Shown: positions 58,148 through 64,000 of the stretch, one piece after another
Numbering within the stretch: position 1 is the first letter of the stretch
Layout of the letters: each line of letters opens with the position of its first letter
Source of the DNA: Chitinophagaceae bacterium
Lineage (GTDB): Bacteria; Bacteroidota; Bacteroidia; Chitinophagales; Chitinophagaceae
DNA: 64,000 nt
Direction of reading: 5' to 3'
NCBI GenBank assembly: GCA_016706055.1
Contig: JADJKL010000006.1
Coordinates: 21,265 to 85,264, forward strand
The notes under the pieces: model-generated
Told to the model about the DNA's origin: nothing
Database searches by the model: none
Seen by the model: only the letters and a program-made list of their open reading frames with translations
Position numbers and translations under genes: made by a program

Positions 58148-58181
58148 AACCCGGCACTATTTATAATAGTGCCGGGTTTTT
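58148..58181. terminator. Bidirectional terminator between tRNA-Ser and LytTR
   Basis: aacccggcactatt-tat-aatagtgccgggtt. Confidence 0.8.
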
Positions 58182-58183
58182 GT

Positions 58184-58944
58184 TTAGTATTTAAATACTT
58201 CTTTCATTTTTGTAACAAAGCTTTCTTTTTTCCTTCTGGAAACTTCAAGTTGTTTGCCGTTGGTCATCGTTACAAATCCACCTTCTCCTTTTTGGTATTC
58301 TTTGATATGCTTCATGTTTATCAAAAAGGATTTATGAATCCGGAAAAATAAAGTATCCTGTAGCATCATTTCATAATCCATTAATGGGCGGGAAGCCAAT
58401 ATTTTTTTCCATCTTTAAAATGAATATTGGTGTAGGTGTTTTCTGCTTCGCAATAAATAATATCACTTAACTCCACCACCTGAAATCCTTTTATACTTGG
58501 TATGCAAAGTTGCATAGGCTGCTGGCCTGTTTGCTGCTTCATGTTGTGCAGAAATGTTTCAATATGCTGGCTGTTTGACTTTTGTTGTATTCGCTTGGCA
58601 GCATTAGATACGGCAGTAACTAGTAAGGTTTCTTCTACCGGTTTTTGCAAATAATCTACAGCTGCAAAACGGATGGCCTGCAATACATATTTGTCATGGG
58701 CGGTAACAAATATTACTTCAAAGTTTATCTCTTCCTGTTCTTTTAAAAAATCAATTCCGTTTTTTCCGGGCATTGCTACGTCTAAAAAAACTAAATCCGG
58801 TTTTAATTCTCTTGTTAGCACATTGGCCTCAATAGTATTCTCCGCTTCTGCTATTATTTCTACTGCCGGACAATAGAGTTCTAACAATTTCCGTAATGTA
58901 AGTCGGCTCATTTTTTCGTCATCTACAAGTATTGCCCTAATCAT
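58184..58944 (-). pseudogene. LytTR response regulator split by a -1 frameshift at T7 58402-58408
   Basis: Receiver VDDE...FLDVAMP...DYLQKP; A8 gives DGKKILASRPL...FFRIHKSFLIN. Confidence 0.88.
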
Positions 58945-61028
58945 TAGTATGCATAGTTTAAGGGCAGATAAAATTTAACGATGGTTCCTTCCGCCAGTTC
59001 GGGCATTGTTTTTACGGAGAATACCGGCTGATTATTTACATCTGCCCTTCCTTTAAATAATAAATCCAATCGGCTTTTAATAACAGATAGTGAATGCGAA
59101 AGCTTATCCGTTTCTGCAATATCTTTTTTTATTCCGGTACCGTTGTCGGTTATATTAATAGCCAGCAAATTATTTTCTATTTCAATTAGTACTTTAATGT
59201 ATGGGTTCTGTACTTTTTTCAACTCTGCATGTTTTATGGCATTCTCTATAAACGGCTGAATCATCATGGGAGGTATCTGCGTTCCTTCAGCATCTTTAGT
59301 AACAGTAACTTCGAAATTAAGATTGTTACCAAACGCCGTCTTTTCAAATTCAATATACTTGTTCAGGTAGTTAATTTCTTCCTCCAGTGGTATATCATCT
59401 TTATCAGCATTGGCAAAGGTTTTACGCATCAGTTGTGCCAGTGATTGTATTTGGCTGTTCGCTTTGTTTTTTTCGTCTATCAACACAAGGCCTTGTATGT
59501 TATGCAGTGCATTGTAAACAAAATGTGGATTCATCTGGCTCTGAAACTGGGCTATTTGTTTGGCTTGCTTGCTTAATTGCAAGGCTTGTTCTTTTATCTG
59601 TTCACTTTTATACTGCAATTGAGTGTAAGCCTTTTTCTTTGCTGTTATATTGCGGTATAAAATAAATGCCAACAAACCTAATAAAGCCAGACCTCCAATC
59701 AAATAATTACGAGTTCGCTTTTGATTACTGATTTGTTTCTCTTGTAATACTCCTGCTTGTTTACCTAATTGTATTTGTTGAGAATCAGTTGTAGCTTGTA
59801 ATTGATTTTTTGCCAGTATTTGTTCTTGTTGAACCAACTCTAAATCTTGTAGCTCTTTTTCTTGAGAGAGTAATTTTATTTGATCTTCTTTTCTTTTAGC
59901 TTCCAGAAAATTACCGGCAATAACAGCTTCCTGTTTCTCCAGTTCCAGTTGTTTTATTTTTTGGTCATTATTAAGACGAGCAATTTCTCTGTCTTTTTTT
60001 TCTTTTTGAAACTGACCATCTATTAGGGCGGTAGTTCTTAATTTTTCTTCATTATTAACCACAAACAATGCTTCATCGTACAACTTAAAATACTTGTATG
60101 CCGAAATAGTATCACCCAGTTCTGCATACGATTTACTTAATCGTCCATAATATGAACTTTCAAGTCCCTTGTCATTGTCTTTTTATTAATAAAAGTCCGG
60201 TATTAAAGGCTTCTATAGCTTTAGCATATTCCTTTTTGATTGAAAAAGCCGTCCTTTGTTGAGGTAAAATTATTGTATAACCTTTGCATTTTTAGCTTAG
60301 AAATTAGCTGCTCCGTTTTATTCAGGTATAGCTCAGCAGTATCGTATCTCCCCAATTCGGTATATATGTTTGAAGTACCGTTTATTATCTGCACTAAGCT
60401 GATAGTGTCCTTAGCAGCTTCAGCTATTTTTACGGCTTTTCGAAAATAAGTTAATACATATTCATAGTCCGCTGTAGATGGGTTTGATATAGTATAATAA
60501 TAAAATGTGCCCAGATTGAAATACAATGAACCTAATCCTAGTATATCTTTTGTATTATTTTCCTGAACAGCAATAGCCTGCTTTTCATACTCAATCGCTT
60601 TGTCGTAGGCTTTGCGGGACTATACACTCCGGCCAAGCCATCTAATGCCTGTGCCTGATATTTATATAGCTTGTTCTTTTCAGCAACAGCAATTGCTTTA
60701 TGTAGATTTATAACCGCCTCGTCGCTATTCAACAAATCCCGATGCAATAAACCTATAATTCTATATCCAAGAGCAACACCTGCCGGACAATTTATTTTTT
60801 GAGATTGTTCAACTCCCCAATTATAAATAAGAAATTTTGCTTCTATATTTTTATTGGGCATTTTAAAACCTGTAAGCATTGTTGCAAATATGGTAGCACT
60901 ATCAGCTTTTAATTTTCGAAGTGCATTTTGAAGTGAATCTGTATTAATATTTTGAGACTGAGCAGGCAATACCGTAAAAGAGTACTGCATGTAAGAAGAA
61001 CGATAAAAAAAACTTTTATTTTTTTCAC
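58944..61028 (-). pseudogene. TPR-containing LytS-type sensor histidine kinase with at least 5 frameshifts
   Basis: GTG start MKKIKVFFIVLLTC; TPR-like helices, coiled coil, TM, QMNPHFVYNALHNI, QPFIENAIKH, DNGTG; breaks near 60976-60979, 60616-60618, 60266-60269, 60233-60237, 60180-60194. Confidence 0.82.
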
Positions 61029-61069
61029 TCACTAAAGTTATACAGAACCCAGCAAAAGAAAACACCCTG

Positions 61070-61140
61070 CCGAATACTGTTTGAAATCTTCCGAATACCT
61101 TCCAGTAGTGCCGTTAGCTGTTTCCCGTTGCTTCGAATCC
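61070..61140. promoter_or_regulatory. Direct repeats in 21-bp phase (candidate LytTR sites)
   Basis: ccgaatac at 61070 and 61091; tcgaatcc at 61133. Confidence 0.45.
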
Positions 61141-61187
61141 CCTCTTTTGCCTGATAAGTTTATTTTGTACTACAATTCAGTTGGCGA

Positions 61188-62447
61188 ATGAGTCGTATTC
61201 TATTACTATATCTTATATTACTTCCGGTTGTCTCCATGGCGCAAGCTATAGTAGATTTTATTCCCGCCAAACCAGCTTATACCCGCCTTTATAATGATGA
61301 AAACGCTTACGCCTACTACCATAGCCAATGGAGGAAATTGGAAGACAAATTAATCAACCATCAAAAGAAAACAGGAAATCAACTGGTAATACTTTCTATA
61401 GCTACTACCGGAGGTTATTCAATAGATGAAATAGCTACCGAAACATTCCGTAAATGGGGAATTGGAGATAAAGAGGTGAATACAGGTTTACTTGTATTGA
61501 TTGCAAGAAAAGAAAGACAAGTACGCATTGAAACCGGGTATGGGTTGGAAGGTGCAGTACCCGATATAACTGCAAATGCGATTATTGAAACTATTTTGAA
61601 ACCAGCATTAGACAGTTTTGCTTACGTACTGCCGCCACAGCATACAGCGAAAGGCTATCTGCCAGCAATGGAAAAGGCTATTGATACTTTGATAAACTTA
61701 ACAAAGGAAATAAGTACACCGGCGGTCAATAATACAAAGTCAACTACTCGACAGCGAAACAAGTATGGAATAGCAATTATAGTTGCTACAATTATTGCCT
61801 TTAGCATTTTGCTTATTAAAAGGAGAAAGCCTGATAAATTGATGGGTATTGAAAAACATAATCTTACTTCAGCTAATACTGCAAAAAGAAAGAAAGGTCG
61901 CAACAAAAGAACACTGGAAGGCCAATACTGGTACCCTTTACTAATACTACTTGCAATTGTTGGCCTTACAATTTTGTGGCCGTTGAAATGGATATACGCA
62001 ATAGTAGCCGCAATACTATTAGCAATTCGATGGATTTACTACCTGCCATCACCAAAACTAAAAGCCGAAACCATTGCCTTCAATAAAGAATGGGATGCAA
62101 AACGTAAACGACTAAAAGAAGAATACCGGGAAAAGAAAAAAATATTGGGTAGTGAGAAATTGTATGAAAATTTTGAGGCGTACATGGCCAAATATTTTGA
62201 GTTGGGTCTTGATAAATTGGAGGAGGAATTAAAAGTGGGGGTGTTTGCAGCAAGACCAGCTAATTCAAAAAAGGAATATGATGTAAAATCGTTGCTCTAC
62301 GATATTTTTTTAGGCACCACGGAAACAGAAAAGAAACGTTCCTTCTCTTCTAACAGTACGTCCGGGTATTCCGGCGACAGCACAGGCGGCCAATCCGCCG
62401 GCGACTTTGGTGGTGGTAGCAGCGGCGGCGGCGGGGCATCATCTTAG
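61188..62447 (+). CDS. TPM-domain membrane protein with Gly/Ser-rich tail
   Basis: WGIGDKEVNTGLLVLIA...RIETGYGLEGAVPD; GGGSSGGGGASS C-terminus. Confidence 0.85.
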   Translation: MSRILLLYLILLPVVSMAQAIVDFIPAKPAYTRLYNDENAYAYYHSQWRKLEDKLINHQKKTGNQLVILSIATTGGYSIDEIATETFRKWGIGDKEVNTGLLVLIARKERQVRIETGYGLEGAVPDITANAIIETILKPALDSFAYVLPPQHTAKGYLPAMEKAIDTLINLTKEISTPAVNNTKSTTRQRNKYGIAIIVATIIAFSILLIKRRKPDKLMGIEKHNLTSANTAKRKKGRNKRTLEGQYWYPLLILLAIVGLTILWPLKWIYAIVAAILLAIRWIYYLPSPKLKAETIAFNKEWDAKRKRLKEEYREKKKILGSEKLYENFEAYMAKYFELGLDKLEEELKVGVFAARPANSKKEYDVKSLLYDIFLGTTETEKKRSFSSNSTSGYSGDSTGGQSAGDFGGGSSGGGGASS

Positions 62448-62623
62448 AAAATCCTTATACATACTACTGGCCACCGTTGCCTGTTTGTTGGTTGCACCCT
62501 CTTTTTGCAACTGCTTATTTAGAGGAAATATTAAGTATGAAATGCGCCATAAGTAAAACTCACCAACTAGTAATGAATATTTACTGCGAATTCCATGTGG
62601 CTAGTTAAAATAAAAATATGCAC

Positions 62624-63774
62624 ATGAAAACTTTTTGTTTCCCTTTACTTCTATCCTTAATTACAATCACTACTATGGCACAGTTTTCACCTGCGTTAGG
62701 TCCACCACAAGCCGGCACAGCAGCTATACCCTTGCGTACCATCGACTTTGCTTTCATCACCAATCTTGTAAAACTGGCCTTGACAGGGCTGTAGTAAGAA
62801 TCAATAAAAAAATTAGCAACGCTTCTTCAGGAGTAAATGCTAATCTTTCATATCGGATAAAGTCTGTTCATCCGGCATACAAACAAACAGAATGGACAAC
62901 TTATCCTAATTCTATGTTTGTTCAATTGCGGATTTGGGTGGAATACACAATAGGCGATATTCGCTATCATAATGTCCCTTATTTTTCCCGAAAACTTTTT
63001 CAATGGATAAATGTAGAGGCCTGGTGCGACAAATGGCAAACCAATGAAGGTAAAAATAGACTGACCTATACTGCTGAGAAGCCGTACCTCGATGAAGCTT
63101 CGTTTGGCGAGCAGGCATTAAATTTTTTTGTTGGTAGTACCCTTATTTCTTATGTGGATAGCAAGCTGTCAAATTCATTAAGCAATGGCATGGCAAGTGG
63201 AGAATTGCCTATAGCCAGCCAACCTTGCAATTGCCTGAATTTTAAAAGAGGAACAGCACCCACCCATGCAGATGGCTATGTTGGCTTTTATTATTTCCCC
63301 GTAAGAAAAATAGCAGTGGAGCAACTCTATAGCGACCCCGTTTTACGATTACTTTCCATTAAGCGAATAGCTACAGTAGGCGAAATATTGCTTGATACAC
63401 AGGATTTGCAAATTGAGTACATGGCAAATTTTGATAAAGGTTTAATGCGCCCAAAACCAATAGCCGAAAATGAAACGGTGGCATTCAAAAAGGAGTATTC
63501 AGTCAAATTTGAACACCCCAACCCTTATAATCGGCTGGTAGTAACAGTAAACGTAACTGTATTAAATCAGCAGATGAGGATATACTCCGGATTTCTTCAT
63601 TTCGAAAAGGAGCAAAAATTTGGCGAAGGTGTGCAAAAGTTGACCATCATGAGAGAAGTATGGCGACCCACATCTACCGGCCCTGATGGACGACCCATTA
63701 AACCTTACACTTCTTTAATGCCTGCCTACGAGTTAGAATTTGATATTAAATACACTAAACCAAAAAGGTATTAA
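62624..63774 (+). pseudogene. Hypothetical exported protein split by a -1 frameshift (probably G3 62786-62788)
   Basis: Signal peptide MKTFCFPLLLSLITITTMAQ in one frame; the long ORF continues in the -1 frame (AVVRINKK...). Confidence 0.65.
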
Positions 63775-63790
63775 AATTAATCAATACAGT

Positions 63791-64000
63791 ATGAAAAATA
63801 AATTTCTATCATCAATCATCATTTTGTTATCTCTATTTATTTTTTCTTGCAGTGGTTCGAACGGTGCTAAGCTAAGATATCCAGTAATAACAAAGGGACA
63901 ATTATCCGACACATTAACCAATGATCTGCAATGCAGCATCATAATAAATGGAAAAGATTATACGATACCTCCTGATAGTATTACAACGGCATATACGTTT
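63791..64000 (+). CDS. Hypothetical lipoprotein (runs off window edge)
   Basis: MKNKFLSSIIILLSLFIFSC lipobox; open to the end of the window. Confidence 0.7.
   Translation, partial: MKNKFLSSIIILLSLFIFSCSGSNGAKLRYPVITKGQLSDTLTNDLQCSIIINGKDYTIPPDSITTAYTF

Noticed and set aside
58140-64000. Prophage, ICE or defence island after tRNA-Ser
   Set aside because: No integrase, phage, conjugation or recognisable defence gene within the window

Overview
AT-rich Bacteroidota chromosome segment. Gene content and many TAnnTTTG -7 promoter boxes suggest Chitinophagaceae (inference). It is mostly housekeeping: recQ, tsaE, ald, dksA-like, ileS, lpxA, acpP-fabF-rnc, mce, iscS-iscU-iscA, gldF-gldG, alr, lspA, fumC, gltX, tatD, tRNA-Ser(GGA). 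A metal-handling neighbourhood spans about 4-27 kb: Cu-type and P1B-4 ATPases, HmuY plus a TonB receptor, a di-heme peroxidase, ChaN, a Cys-rich AraC, and an OprC-like receptor operon. An accessory LytTR/kinase/TPM block follows tRNA-Ser. I recognised no CRISPR array, transposase, integrase or rRNA. Best leads: (1) a 128-aa upstream ORF with a signal/TM segment, a Cys cluster and a C-terminal FHPP motif heads a Met/His-rich lipoprotein + OprC-like receptor operon, possibly a Bacteroidota analogue of CruR/CutF copper-sensing arrest peptides; (2) an inverted pair of GC-rich REP-like palindromes is translated in frame inside ileS, with a third copy between back-to-back promoters at gltX; (3) fabF has an in-frame 13-codon gap removing the catalytic Cys; (4) a one-Cys DksA carries a histone-H1-like tail; (5) several short-period repeat arrays and a GC-rich structured-RNA candidate. 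Caveat: six accessory genes carry about 10 frameshifts, nearly all single-base losses in short homopolymers, typical of long-read consensus error. All lesions need read-level confirmation.
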